Assembly: GCA_023213395.1 (NCBI GenBank)
Contig: CM041465.1
Span: 94,805,741-94,869,740 of the forward strand
Reading direction: 5' to 3'
From: Cycas panzhihuaensis
Lineage: Eukaryota > Plantae > Cycadophyta
DNA length: 64,000 nucleotides
Shown: one piece after another, positions 1-13,065 of the stretch
Numbering within the stretch: position 1 is the stretch's first letter
Layout of the letters: each line of letters opens with the position of its first letter
Made by a program: the position numbers and the translations under genes
The notes under the pieces: model-generated
What the model was told of the DNA's origin: nothing
Seen by the model: only the letters and a program-made list of their open reading frames with translations
Database searches by the model: none

Positions 1-1034
1 GTCAATCAATAATTTTTTTAGCCTTTTTAAACTTTTTTACAAAATCACTTTTTTAACAGATTATATTTTATTTTCGGAAGACTGTTTTTTGCTCAGATCT
101 ATTCTATAGTAATCTACTATTAACAAACTTCATTACCATCTATTTATCTATTTTTTTATAATTTATTTTAATCATTATTTTAATCGATTAAAGTGGCACT
201 TTACTATTTTTAGCACTTTTTAAACTTTTTACCATAAAAGTACTTGTTTCCATTTTCATTATAACTTCTTTGTTTTATATCAGAATTTAGTTTTGTTAGT
301 TTTGTTGGAAACATGACTCGCTCCTCTTCGAACTGACATTATTTTTTATAAGATTTGAAGTGGTTTTGCTTGTTTTCAAAAGCATTAAAGTAGAGGTATT
401 TAATAGCCTCTAATATGCCATTATTACATATTTTGTATATAGTATTTCTCAAAAATTTTAATTGAAAAGATATTAAGTAGCTCTCTTAAATATATTTGAT
501 CTTTTTACAGTATTCTTTAAAATTTTATTAGCAGTTTTATACTATTTTAAGCTTCCTGCTCCTGTTAGGCCTAAAAAAGAGGTCTGTACCTTTGGTTCAT
601 CAAAATTTGGCTGGTAGGAACCCGTTTTCAAAACGGCCAGTTCCATTGAATAGACATATTTTATTAATCTACATACTGGTAAAGTTTCATATTATTCTGA
701 TATCATTTAGTATAGCTTTGAAGCTACTAAACTTGAGTATTTAAGATACACCAACATTACCTTATTCTGACCTTTTATTTTTTATTTTCAAAGTTTATTT
801 CAGATTTGAATATTTATTTTACTTCAAATTTTCTTATATATTCATTATATTTTAAATTTTATCTAAAATTATATCTTACAAGGTTGTCATTTATTTGAAA
901 GGCATACATTTATTAAAAAATATTTTTTTCCACTTTTAAAAAGCTTATTTGAAATCATATAAGTTTGTCATTTATTGAGTTCTTTGATTTAGTAAAAGCA
1001 TATTTTTTTTATGTACTAAAGTTTTTTTTGTAAA

Positions 1035-1685
1035 ATGGCAATCAATCCTAATCAAGTATAATTTCCTATTTTTGATGACCATAAATTTTCACTATGGCAT
1101 AAGATTATGAAAATTTATTTTATTGCACATGATCTTTAGACTTACTTATAGAATGACTATGATGTTAATATTAAGGAAAATATTAAAAAAGACAATGAAG
1201 CATTAGCTTTAATAATTTGCACTATAAATGATGATGTCTTTTCTAAAGTTTATGAATTAACAACTTCTAAATCCATTTGGGATATTTTGATTTCTACTTA
1301 AGGGGGAGATACCCTCAATGAATTTAACATTAATGTTGAGCATGTGAGACAAGTGCCAAAACAGGTGGTTCACAATAAAAAGACTGAAGAAAATTTAAAT
1401 CAAATGCATGATCATCTTGTTACACAAGAACCTGATCCTCCATTTGAGGGGAAGAGATATGATGATATGATAATTGCGGTTGCTTATAATACAAAGTTTT
1501 CAAAAGACAAAGTTCAAGTTCAAAGTGTTCTTAATGTTTTAGTTGACAAAGTCAAAGTTGTAGCCATACCTCTACATTTTAATCAAGATACATTTACTTA
1601 TAGTTTTTTTGCACCACTCAATAGTACAAGGACACACGTTACAAAAAGGATGAGAAGAGTTGATAATGATCAAGCCAAAAGATAA
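1035..1685 (+). pseudogene. gag: Degenerate Copia gag N-terminal region of element F, plus downstream ORF 1344-1685
   Basis: MAINPNQV*FPIFDDHKFSLWHKIMKIYFIAHDL*TYL...KKDNEALALIICTINDDVFSKVYELTTSKSIWDIL matches the Copia gag N-terminal pattern; in-frame stops. Confidence 0.8.
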
Positions 1686-1765
1686 ATCTTTAAAGTTTTT
1701 TTCAAGTACAAATTCCACAAGTTTAAAGAGAAGACATTATTCGTGATGATCATTAAGGAGGAGAA

Positions 1766-2162
1766 TGTTGGGATTAATGCTCATCACCCCACTCCCACCT
1801 TCCAACCAGGAGTACACACCTCACTCTCATCAATTTACACGTGTGGGTGTTCACATGTGTAGGTAAGTATAAGGTAAGATTTGAGTTAAGTTTATTTTGA
1901 GTTAAGTTATTATTTTATTATTATTTAAATTTTAGGGGTTGAGGAGTTTTCCTCCTCCCCCAAACTATATATTTTGAGGGGTATGCAACTCTAGTGTCTT
2001 TAGACACCACCTTCATTGTGGATATTTGTAAACCTCTCTTCACTACAATGGATTAAATATATAAGTTTTATGTGTTTATGCTACTATACAACAATGATGT
2101 ATTGATTTATGATTATCTCCTTTATGTTCTACCCTGTTCTCCATGATTTTTTATTTCCTTCA
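1766..2162 (+). repeat. 3' LTR of element F
   Basis: TG...CA ends, preceded by PPT; homologous (reverse complement) to 22821-23196 and 27745-28083. Confidence 0.85.
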
Positions 2163-3379
2163 AAGTTCTGGGTTTTAGCAATCCAAAATATAAGGATAAG
2201 AGAAATCATCCTCTATATAATAGGAATCCTCTTTGCTATTTATATGACCTCAATAGATATACTATGGGGAATAAATTTGTCAACAAAACTAGTCAGGTAC
2301 TAGCTTTAGGTCATCTAAGACTCATCATCCACTACCCTATTGAGCTTAACTCTCTCTCCATGCTAACTCACTCATAATATCCTCCCCACATCCATCGAAG
2401 TGATCTATGGCTCTAATTACCCTTACTCTAAAGACATTTTATCTTGGGATCTAATAACTAATAAAATCATACAATATCTTATACTCCATCACTACTTGGG
2501 TTGATCCACTCACCAGGGATAGTCTGTAAGCTCATAATATGGCCTAATCTACTTCATCCAGTTGACCAACTAGCTCTTTGATAGCCAATCCCTTATTTTA
2601 TTGTGTCTCTACCTACTCTAGAGGTTATATCACATATAAAAAATTAGATCAAACTCTAATTTTCATATTATAAAAATTTTAATTTTTAATTTTTTTCTTT
2701 CAAATCTAAAAACATAAGAAATTAGTTAAAAACTTGACTATCTATTAAAAAATATGACTACACTATTAAAAATATGATTTTGTTATAAAAAACATGATCT
2801 CTTTAATTTGGCTATTAACTGTCTAACTACATTTTTTATAACATATTTACATTTTTAGTTATGCTTCTATGTTTTTCGCTCTATGAAATTGCATTTTTGT
2901 TAAAAAAATTAGTTTAAAAAAAAATCTGAAGAAGACTTACCAGAGATCTTGCCCCTCACTGCATCCTATCTATATCTAACTCTTGGAGCTGATCCCTCAC
3001 TAAAATAGCTCTGGAACACCTCAGAATATGAGTGAAGAGTCCCTCAAATAGTTTAATTTTCTAACTCCCTCGTGTAAAAATGAAATTAAATATATTCATT
3101 TTTCTTTTAAAAATAGAGGGCCCTTTTTTTCTTTCTCTGAGCAAATTTTTTTCTTCCATCCATTAGGTTCATCCAAGTGAATTTTATCCTTTTACAATCA
3201 CAATTCTTAGATAAAATCACTTTGAAATAAGGAAATGATTTATCTTTTATCCATTAGGGTCAATCATTGACCTTAATATACTTATCTTTTATGGAGCTTT
3301 TTGGAGACCTGAATGCTATATCTGTCATTTATTTTCCTTCAAATCGACTCTTAACATGGTCTCTAAAATACTTTTGAGT

Positions 3380-3680
3380 CCTTTTATCTATTAAAGAGCC
3401 TAAACTATAACAAGGAACACTCTAAAACCTAATTGTTTATGATCTTAAACTATGATAATCAAGCTCTAAAGTCCTTCATTCTATTAATGAGTTTAAACCA
3501 TGACAAAAGGCTTTGAAAAGTGACTTACTAATGACTTGAAACTATGGTAGTCTAAGGCTCCCAAAAGTCACCTGTTAATAATCCCAAAAACTCTTATAAT
3601 TTATCCTTTGTGCTTTAGTAAAAGGACCTTCATCTGAAGTGTGGTTAATGAGAGATAAACTATGACCAATTAGGTCTTCA
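3380..3680. repeat. Degenerate ~47-bp tandem array in an unclassified TE remnant (2163-4033)
   Basis: Recurring AAAC(T/C)AT(G/A) core at ~3402, 3448, 3495, 3539, 3657 with similar flanks. Confidence 0.4.
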
Positions 3681-4038
3681 AGTCTTATCTAGTTTATGGG
3701 TATTTAACATCGCTTTCACATTAAGTGATTATAAATTCAATCCGTTTGAGTAAGACTTTGGGTAAGAACTCTTTAATTTGTTATTCTATAAAATTTATAA
3801 TTCTTTTGTAAGTTAGTGAGCCATCATTCACATACCTCATCCTAAACCTTTTGGCTAATCTTGCACTATGATCATCGTCGTCTTTTACCATCTTACTTCC
3901 TTTTGAAGTAAGAGCTTCAAGTGTCAATGAGGTAAATGTTTCACTAAAACCTGACCCCTCATTCATCCTTATCACTTTTAATAGGTTTCTCGTATTTTTT
4001 CATGAGAAAATAATTGATTTAAGGTTTTGATTTCATAT

Positions 4039-5597
4039 TGTATTAGGCCATGTTTTGATGACATGTTATATTGATTTCATTGATGATGTATGTTGAATGA
4101 TGATGCTTCTATTATTATGTTCTTTCACCTATCAATGAGTGATAACTATAGGCATTAGATCTCTCTTCATGATTGTTTTGACTTAAGTTTCCTTTAGAAC
4201 ATTTATTTGTATCATTTTTCTATCTTCATTTCATCTTTTAATAATCTCTTTTTCATTAGTTTTAGGATTGTGCTTATTGTTTTTATCCTCTTTGGGCTAT
4301 TTCTCTCATTAATTAAGTTGTTTATGCATAAAAATTACTTTTTTAACTTTTTAATGAGTTAATTTAACCTCTTGATTCATCGCATTTTTGGTCCTACTAA
4401 AAACATTATCGATCATATTTTATGAAAAGGATCACATTTTTTGTTGTTCATAAAATGTGATTGGTCATGTTTTTGACTATCATGCATGCAATTTTTTTCC
4501 AGCATGCCAGTTTTGCATGTCGCCAGCTAGATTTGATGGAAACCTGCCTCTTTCATACCAAGAAGCTTTCGAAACTTGAGTGTGTTATATCATTTGCAAG
4601 ATTGATATGTTAGAGGTCAAGTTTTGGTATTCTTCTTGAGATTTTAAGAGATTATTTTGTTGTTATTTTTGGAGAACTATTTTGAAGAGAAAGTGAATAC
4701 CAAAGGAAGATTTTTAAAGCCTTATTTTGTTGATTTTCTGATGTATGAATTTGGATGGTTGATGCTTCTAAAGCATATGGTTTCTTACAAGTTTTTTTAG
4801 CTTCAAACTTCTTTTTCTTAGTAAGATCTTCCCTTTTTAGTATCTTGCAATTCCCCTTTCCTTTTGGTGACTATTTGCAATCAAAATTATTCCTCTCTTG
4901 TTACTAATATTTGAAATACTTCTATAGATGATTTTTCCTTGGGAACTTAGTTGAAAGATTATCCCTTTATGGGAAGATTAAGGGTAGACTATTGTGAAGA
5001 ATGATCATCTCTTCACTAAATAAATAGTTACACTTTCTTATTCTTTCTCAGCTATCCAAGTCCCTAAGAGATCTTGGTTCACTTTTACTTATTTGTGGTT
5101 ATTGTTGAGCTATTTGTTTATGTGTTTCTTCTTTTCCTTATTGGTTTTGAAGGAAATCTTGAAGAACTTTAATCATATTTGGAAGAGGGAAAGCTATTTT
5201 GAGTGCAGAACTTCATAAATAGACTAGAGATTGCATAAAGTTATTAGCTTTATCTTATTTAACTTCATTCTCTTCATTTTCTTCTTAGTTAAGGAAAGAA
5301 ATCTGAATATATGAATGATATATTTTTGATATGATCAGATCATATAAGATTCAAGGATCCTATGGTGTCCAAAAGACTCCATTTGTGATATAATCTCTCT
5401 TTTTCTCTTGAAATCATTTTCTAAAATAGAAAATAGCATGTGATTGAAATAAATACTTCATATAAACATTGCATATTATTTGATGTCATACCAATGTCTA
5501 TGTATAGTTGCATGTTATAGTAGTTGCATTTCATGTTTATATAGGCTAGTAGATTCAATCACCCCCCCTATATGCTAGCCTTTCATTACCTCATTCA
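4039..5597 (+). mobile_element. Probable solo LTR, SIRE/Maximus-like Copia
   Basis: Starts TGTATTAGGCCATGTTTTGATGAC; near the end has ATCACCCCCCCTA...CTTTCA resembling Sirevirus LTR 3' ends; no PBS follows; candidate TSD CATAT/TATAT; end could be 5585 instead. Confidence 0.5.
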
Positions 5598-5699
5598 TAT
5601 ATTAATTAAATGGCATAATCAAGTGGAAACTCTTTTATATGAGTTAGCAAGGTGGTTCTTTAGGTTCTCTTAGGCTTCTTATCTCTTGGCTTAGACTTG

Positions 5700-7633
5700 A
5701 AATAGAGGAAACATACCACTAGTTAAGAGATATTTGGTTTAGGTCCAATTGAAACACACTAAAATATTCAAACTTCTAATAAGGAAGATGACTAGTATAT
5801 TAATTATGGATATTCAACTTATATGCCCTATAATTTAGATGTATTTTCTAAGATTCATGAAGAAAACAATAAAAGACAATTCATTTTTAGAAATAATAAT
5901 ACATAGGAAGTCCAAGGACAAGGAATTGAAATAATTCAAACTGAAAGTAGAGAAAATAAGAATATTCAAAATGTCTTATTTATACTTAGATTAAGAAGGA
6001 ACCTATTATCTATTAGTCAAAAGATGGAACAACAATCAGGGTAGTCTTTGATAATGGAAAATATAAAATAAGTGATAAGTTGAATAATGGAGTTATAATT
6101 ACAAGAGGCCAAATGATGAAAGATTGATTATTCAAACTTGTACATTCCCCACCTTTATAAGTATTGAATACTTTAATTGTAAATGATAACATACTTTGGC
6201 ATCATAGATTTAGTCATTTAATTATAGTACATTTAGTACTTTAAAGAGGAAAAGTATGGTTATAGGACTAGGACTTCCATCCATTCAAGGTAATAATGGA
6301 GTTTGTAAATATTGTATCTATGGAAAATAACATAGAGAAAGTTTTGTTGATTTAAATTTCCAATCTAGATACCAACTCTAATTAGTTAATGTTGATTTGT
6401 ATGGCCCAATGGGAACTTTAACACTTAGAAATACTATATTTTTTCTAATTCTTATTGATGATTTTTTAAAGGAAAATTTGGGTATTTTCCCTTAAAGAAA
6501 AGTCTAAAAGATTTTTTAGGTTTATTAAATTTAGAGTTGTGGCTAAAATCCAGAGTAGTTGCAAGTTGTAAACTCTTCATTCAAATAATGGTAGTGAGTT
6601 TATCTCAAATGATTTCAAAGATTTTTATAACTAAGTTATCATAAGAAGGTAATTTACTACTCCATATATACCTCAACAAAATGAAGTTATTAAAAGGAAA
6701 ATTAGAATAGTTACATAAATGGCTAAATGCATGCTTAAGATAAAAGAGTTAAGTAATGAATATTGGGCTAAAGAAATAAGTACTACTATATATCTACTAA
6801 ATAGAATTCCTACAAAGGTAATTGATGACTTAACTCTTAAAGAATATTGGATATGATACAAGCTAGATGTTTCACATTTAAAAATATTTGGGTGTATTGT
6901 TTATACTCATATTCTTAATTGGAACAAATCTAAGTTGGAAAGTAAAAGTATTAAGTGCTTTTTCATAAGCTACTAAAGTAAACAAAAGGTCTATAGATTA
7001 TTTGAACCTATTACAAAGAAATTCATGGTAAGTAAAGATGTGATTTTTGATGAGAATGTAATCTATAAACCTGGAGAAGATAGAGGAAAATAGGTTCTTA
7101 TTGGAGTTAATTCAAAATTATTTCCACTTTAAAATTCATCTTCATTGACACCAACTCTAATTCAAAGTTCAAGTCAAGATTTAAGTTCCACTCTAGGTTT
7201 ATCATCATCAAGTTAAGAACATGTTACAAGTCCCACTCTAGGCTCATCTTCATCAAGTCAAGAACAAGTTACAGGTCCAAAATAGCTAGTTAGAATTCAT
7301 AATCTAGAAGCTATACTTAACAAAAATTTTAATAATAGATTAATTATATTTTAAGCTAGGGTTAACTATGCATTAATGACTTGAGTTAAACAAAATAATG
7401 AGCTAAAATCTTATGAAAAATCTATTATTATTAATAATTAGGGTGAAACTATGAAAGTAGAATATAATTCCTTAATAAAAAATAAAACATGGAATTTAGT
7501 CAAATTACTTGTCAATAAAGTAATAAGAACAAAATAGGTTTTTAAAACCAAGTATAAATTTAATGGAACTATTGATAAATATGAGGCATAACTTATAACC
7601 AAAGGTTATTTTCAACAAGAAGAAATTAATTAT
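5700..7633 (+). mobile_element. Copia A: decayed pol fragment (protease, GAG-pre-integrase, integrase, RT start), truncated by Copia B
   Basis: LWHHRFSHLN, LVNVDLYGPM, PQQNEV, EYNSLIKNKTWNLV, ITKGYFQQEEINY motifs in Copia order with many stops; ends abruptly at 7633. Confidence 0.9.
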
Positions 7634-8084
7634 TGAAGAGAAAATATAACCATAGAAGCAATGTATTAATAGAATTTCAAACTATGTAAAGAATAAATAA
7701 CATAAGTAAACCAAGCACACAATTTAGAATACTAGGAGATTCTAGTATAACAATAGACCTTTTATTAATTTGAGTAATAACTAAAGAATTACACAGATTA
7801 AAACCCCAACTCTTCTCAACGATTCTTCAAAGACTCATTTAACATTTTTACATGTACTATTATAGAAAAATATATAGTCATAACTTTATAAGATACTGCC
7901 TTGCAATTTTATAATACAATGGGCATAAACCATATACTAAAAAATACCCCTATAAGACATCTATTTTTTTTTTTCATAAACTCCCACTTGGGGAGCCACT
8001 GGCATCTTAAACCACCTAGTCAGGGGCCCTACAATGGGACCCCAAACCCCATAAAGAGGCTTGGGTTTAATACTTATACCTATT

Positions 8085-8492
8085 TGTTGAAGAGATGGTA
8101 ATTGTACATGTTAAACACTCACAAAATTGAAAACAATCATCATCATCAAATCTACATAGTAATTTAGCAGGTGGAAAACCTCTATAGGGGAAGAAAAACC
8201 ACCTCATAATATTATATTATATTATAATAAGAATAAAAAATATATATAGGTAAATGTGAAGATCTTATCCTTTCTTTTTCATATTGCTAGCCTGGCTAGG
8301 AACCTTCACCTATGTAGCTAACCTTCCTACAAAGATTCTTGAATAATTAATTTGAGAAGATAGGTTAAAGTTCATTAAAATGGAAATGGTCCATTTCACT
8401 AAACTTTTAATATATATTAATTAAATATATAATAATTAAAAACTATATAAAGATAATATTACAACTTAATTTAATAACGATTATATCTAACA
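8085..8492 (-). repeat. 3' LTR of Copia I
   Basis: TG...CA; direct repeat of 33815-34205. Confidence 0.85.
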
Positions 8493-8569
8493 TCCCTTTT
8501 TTATGTTATTTTTAGTATAATAGAGGATCAAGAAGATGATGAAAACTTCAACACATCAATCCTCCTTTG

Positions 8570-11397
8570 ATGAAGACTTTATTAACATTCAATAACTCTC
8601 ATAACTTGATGAACTTAGCTTCTACTAATAACTTTGTTAGTATATCTACAATCTATAAATCTATAGGATAATAAGATAGACTAATAGTATTATCATTTAC
8701 AAAATTACAAATAAAATACTAATATAATTTTATATATTTAGTTCTAGAGTGTGCTATAGGATTAGTCATGGTAGAAAGACATCTTGATTATAAACTTTTA
8801 CCTAAATAGAAGAGGTAAAAAATAAACCAAGTTTATTTAATAAAACTTTGACTGAAAGAGATTCCTTATTTACTTCTACTAATGCTGGATATTCAACTTC
8901 TATTATAGATAGTGCCAGTGATTGCATCTTTTTTCTATACCATGTAATAGAAGAAGAGTTGAGAAAGAAGATATATCTAGCTATGAATTTTTTATCATCT
9001 GAATCTCCTTCCTAATCAAAATTTATATAATTTATCATTTTTATATTAGTATTACAATAATTATATGTTAGTCCATAATAAATTATACCTTGAAGATATC
9101 GTAGAATTTATTTTACTATTTTCTAATGTGATTTATGAGGCCTTTACATATACTTTTAGAACAAAAAGCAACATTATAGGAAATGTTTAGGCAAGTGTAG
9201 GTTAGGTAAATAAGACTTCCTATTAATTGGCAATATAACATAGGATCGTAAGGGTGGATTTGATAACCAGTTGACAATTTTACACCTAATTATAAACGAG
9301 TTAGTGTTGATTTTGAATTTTCCATATTAAACCTTTTAATTAGGTCAAGTATATATTTAGATTATAAAATGGAAATGGAAGATTTAGACTGACATATTTT
9401 TAAATTTATTTATTAGATTATATTTTAATTGAAGGATATTAGAGTACAGATGTAATTATAATAATATCATCAACATAAAGAATTAGAATAGTGATATTAT
9501 CATCTTGTCATTTGAAATAAAGGTTAGGATCATTAATGCATTTAGTATATCCATTTTATAAGGATTTTTTTAGTTTATAAACAAGATTAGGATTAGAAAT
9601 AAAACTAAGGGGTTAGGACATGTAGATTTCTTCGTTAAGGTCACCATTTAAAAAACCACTCTTTATATATATTTAATGCATTTTCCAACTAAACTTGGCT
9701 ATGAAAGCAATAATAGTTTTGATTGTATTTATTTTTACAATAGGAATAAAGGTTTTAGTATAATCAATGCTATCAATTTGAGAAAAACCTTTAGCTATCA
9801 AATGTACCTTATATTTTTTTATACCTCCTTTAAAGCTATATTTGGTTCAGTAAACCTATTTATAGCCTACCAAACTTTTACCTAGTGGAAGTGGAACTAA
9901 ATCATAAAGTAAATTTTTTTTAAGGATGTCACACTCTATTTGCATGGCTTATTGCCACACAAGATTATTACGAGCTTCTTTAAATGTCTTAGGGTTATTA
10001 TTGGCTATTATTTTGGCCATTAAAGTAAAATTAGCTTGTAACTTTTATTATATAGTTCTCCTAGTATCTGAAGGATGACCGGCATTAGAATAGATTTTTT
10101 GATTCCTATAGGTTATTTATTTCTAGATTGATATTTTAAAAAAGATCATGGATTAGAGGAAGTAGCTGCATCAGATGTATGAGATTCAGTTAGAGTCCAA
10201 TTTTGGACTTGTATAGATAAACTTTTAATTACTTCATTATTTGTTTATTTTTCTGAGGAATTAATTAATATTATACTAGTTAACAAACTTTCAAAAGGAA
10301 GTTCAAGTTGATTAGAATTTGATGAAAATATCTCTTCATCAAAAATGACATCATGCATAATTGAGACTTTGTGCATGATAGGATCTAGTAACCTATAAGC
10401 TTTACTTTGTTGTATCTAACAAAGATAAATTTAGAGCTTTTAGATCTAGTTTCTTATGTTTTTCCTTTAGAACATGTCTCCAAGCAATGCTTCTAAAGAT
10501 TTTAAGGTGCTTTATAGAAGATTTATGACTAGACTACCTTTGTTATGGTGTAACATTATATAAAGATTTACTTGGCAATTTATTTAATAAGTAATTAGAG
10601 TAAGCCATTACTTTAACCCATAATTTTAAGTCAAGACCTTTTGCATGTAATATATATCTAGTCATTTCAACTAAAATATAGTTCTTGCATTCAACAACAT
10701 CGTTTTGGTGGAGAATATAGGTAATAGAATATTAAAATATTATTCTATACTTTTTGCAAAATGAAGTAAATTTATTACTCAGATATTCTTTGGTATTGTC
10801 ATATCTAAAGATTTTAATTTTAGAGTTAGATTAATTTTCAACTAACATTTTGAATTTAACAAAGATAGTAAATACTTGACTTATAGTTTTAAGCATATAG
10901 GCCCAATACTTTCTAGGAAAATTATCAATAAAGGTTATGAAATATTTACTTCTAGAATATAATGACACTTGAAAGGGACCACAGATGTCTAAATGCATAA
11001 GTTTGAGTGGTGGTCTTGCTTGAAATAAGGTTTGATGAAGGAAGGGGTCTATGTGTTACTTACCTATTACACAAGTTTTACAAACACTATAAACTATTGA
11101 TAAGGGTATGAGTCCATCAATCGTGTCATATTGGTTTAAGTAACATAGTTTACCATAGCTTATATAGCCAAGCCATGCATGCCAAAGTTTACTAACTGAA
11201 TCATATTTAGCTATGAAAGTGGTGAAGGGTTTACTTTTAGAATGATTTAGATTTATTAAGTCATACATACCTATTTTATAGTCAATAAGTCTTGAAGCAA
11301 TAGATTTAAATTTATTAAAGGGTTGCTTGATACCAAATTTATCTTTCTAGAATTTGATAACAAGGTCCTTTTGGCAAATCTGACATATAGATAAAAG
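8570..11397 (-). pseudogene. pol: Copia I pol (GAG-pre-integrase, integrase, RT, RNase H)
   Basis: ORF 11056-11268 KLWHAWLGY...CKTCVIGK; MHLDICGPF; LYVDDIII; IVDILTK; many stops. Confidence 0.9.
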
Positions 11398-11858
11398 TGT
11401 TAAGAATATTAATGTAACCTTTTGTAATGTCACTTTTATGTTCTTTATAAGTTCCTCTTTATGTCACATGTTTAAATTAGTATTTAAGTTATTATAATGT
11501 TCAACTTTAGTGCTTATTTTAATCTTATGTGGAAGGTGGTTGAAATGCGCAACTGCATTTCAATGAATCTTTCTTAGTATAAATTCTTCTCCTAGATTCA
11601 AAAAGATAGTTTTGAGAATCTAGGAGGCCTGTCTAAAAGCCTTTTATAAGGTTGGTTTGGTGGTTAGGTGGTTTCTATATATGGTTTTCTATTTCTCACT
11701 ATTCTTAATAAAATTACAACTTTAGGAGGTGTTTTTTCTTCCCTAGAAGGGGTTTTCCACCTGTCAATCTAGTGTATATATACAATGTTATTTGTTACCT
11801 GTAATTACTTACTATGTGATTCTATGATGACATTGTGCATGTGCCCATCTTTTCTACA
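11398..11858 (+). repeat. 5' LTR of Copia D
   Basis: TGTTAAG...TTCTACA; direct repeat of 21680-22140. Confidence 0.95.
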
Positions 11859-11868
11859 TGGTATCATA
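11859..11868 (+). promoter_or_regulatory. PBS (tRNA-iMet type) of Copia D
   Basis: TGGTATCATA immediately after the LTR, matching the TGGTATCAGAGC consensus at its 5' end. Confidence 0.85.
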
Positions 11869-11950
11869 ATTGTATTTGAAAAAAAAGTGAATTCTTAAAA
11901 ACAAAGAATGTTTCTTATTATTATGTACTTGGTGTACTACTAAGGGGTCT

Positions 11951-12153
11951 TCAATCATGTTTTGCTTCTACTAAAAAATCCTTTTCATATGGCTTTGCCT
12001 TGCCTCCTGATCTGCGATCATAGTACTCAACAAAAGTAGCTCTAGACAAAGCTGCTAATGTCAAAGCTTGAGCATGCAGCCTTACATGAATGATCTTCAC
12101 ACTAGTCTTCATGTTAGGTTGAGACCTATTGTAAGTAAAGGAACCAGGACACC
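11951..12153 (-). pseudogene. HIGD: Captured host gene fragment: HIG1-domain (hypoxia-induced gene domain) protein, C-terminal two-thirds with stop codon
   Basis: GSFTYNRSQPNMKTSVKIIHVRLHAQALTLAALSRATFVEYYDRRSG matches the plant HIGD motif GSIAYNWSxPxMKTSVxIIHARLHAQALTLAALAGAAxVEYYD as I recall it; antisense to the element. Confidence 0.9.
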
Positions 12154-13030
12154 CCTGTTGTAATCTTGCATTATATGGCATCCTGTCTGTTTTCCCTCCT
12201 CTGCCATGACCTCTAAAGAACGTCTTCTATGTGTGATCTACCCCTCAACTTGCTCCATTCGTTACCTAACTATATGAGATTTTGTCTATTCAAGTAGTTG
12301 AGAAATTCTATGTCATTATTGATTAATTACCGTGCTGTTATATATACTTGCATTCAGAACGAATGTGACAAGGAGATGTAACACAGGTTTCCTTGAGCGT
12401 TGGAGCCTGATGTTCTCATAAGAAAGAATTCCAGTCAGATAAGATAGCGATCAATGGTAACAGCAACCAACAAAGAAGTGAAATAAGGATTGCAAACTAG
12501 CCATTAGTGCACCAAATCTGGGGGTTATTTTGCTTTCCAAGATCATAGGGAACATTACAACCTCCGATTTAGGGACATTTTAAGACCAGTCTGTATCATT
12601 TATATACCCAGTGAAATATTGCTTCTCAGAAACCTGCTTCTTCCCAATGATTGGTGAGAATGAATGACCAAAATGGTTGATCCTCCTAATCTTTTGTCTA
12701 GACTACCTGAACAGATACCTGTTCCACCCAAATTCTGGCTAGAAGGACTCACCAAATGCTTGCTCTGACTAAACGATCTGCCCGAATTTCGCTAAGACTT
12801 GAATAAGGATATAAGGAATCAAGAATGTATATTGAATACCCAAGGACAAGATGTTATCCTAATATTACGAAGACAACAAAAATAGGAGAAGTTACTTCAT
12901 CTTCTTCAAATGCTGACATTCCATCTAGTGCTGAGTAGCTTCTTCCATTCTTTGGATCATAGAAACCTTAAACCAAGCATACTTGTAAAGGAAGAAGATG
13001 CGCCGCCATCACTATACCAGGTAGGTAGGG
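12154..13030. other. Unidentified non-TE-like, less AT-rich block in the Copia D 5' UTR (probable further captured sequence)
   Basis: Contiguous with the HIGD fragment, compositionally distinct from the AT-rich UTR at 13070-14380, and absent from related Copia I. Confidence 0.5.
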
Positions 13031-13043
13031 TTTCTACCTTCTT

Positions 13044-13065
13044 CCCCCCCCCCCCCCCCCCCCCC
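13044..13065. repeat. C22 homopolymer
   Basis: Directly visible. Confidence 0.95.

Larger units (their letters stand above)
1..2162 (+). mobile_element. Element F: non-autonomous gag-only Copia-derived LTR element (TR-GAG-like), 5' end outside window; same family as element E
   Basis: PPT (AAGGAGGAGAA) then TGTTGG LTR start at 1766 and CCTTCA end at 2162; internal region matches the reverse complement of ~23200-25130; only a short gag remnant, no pol motifs. Confidence 0.85.

Noticed and set aside
3380-3680. CRISPR-like spaced repeats (also 28775-29345)
   Set aside because: Degenerate tandem units without unique spacers, no cas genes, eukaryotic TE context
11951-12181. 76-aa ORF as a functional host HIGD gene
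   Set aside because: Lacks the HIGD N-terminal region in frame, has substitutions at conserved sites (W>R, A>V, G>R) and lies inside a retrotransposon
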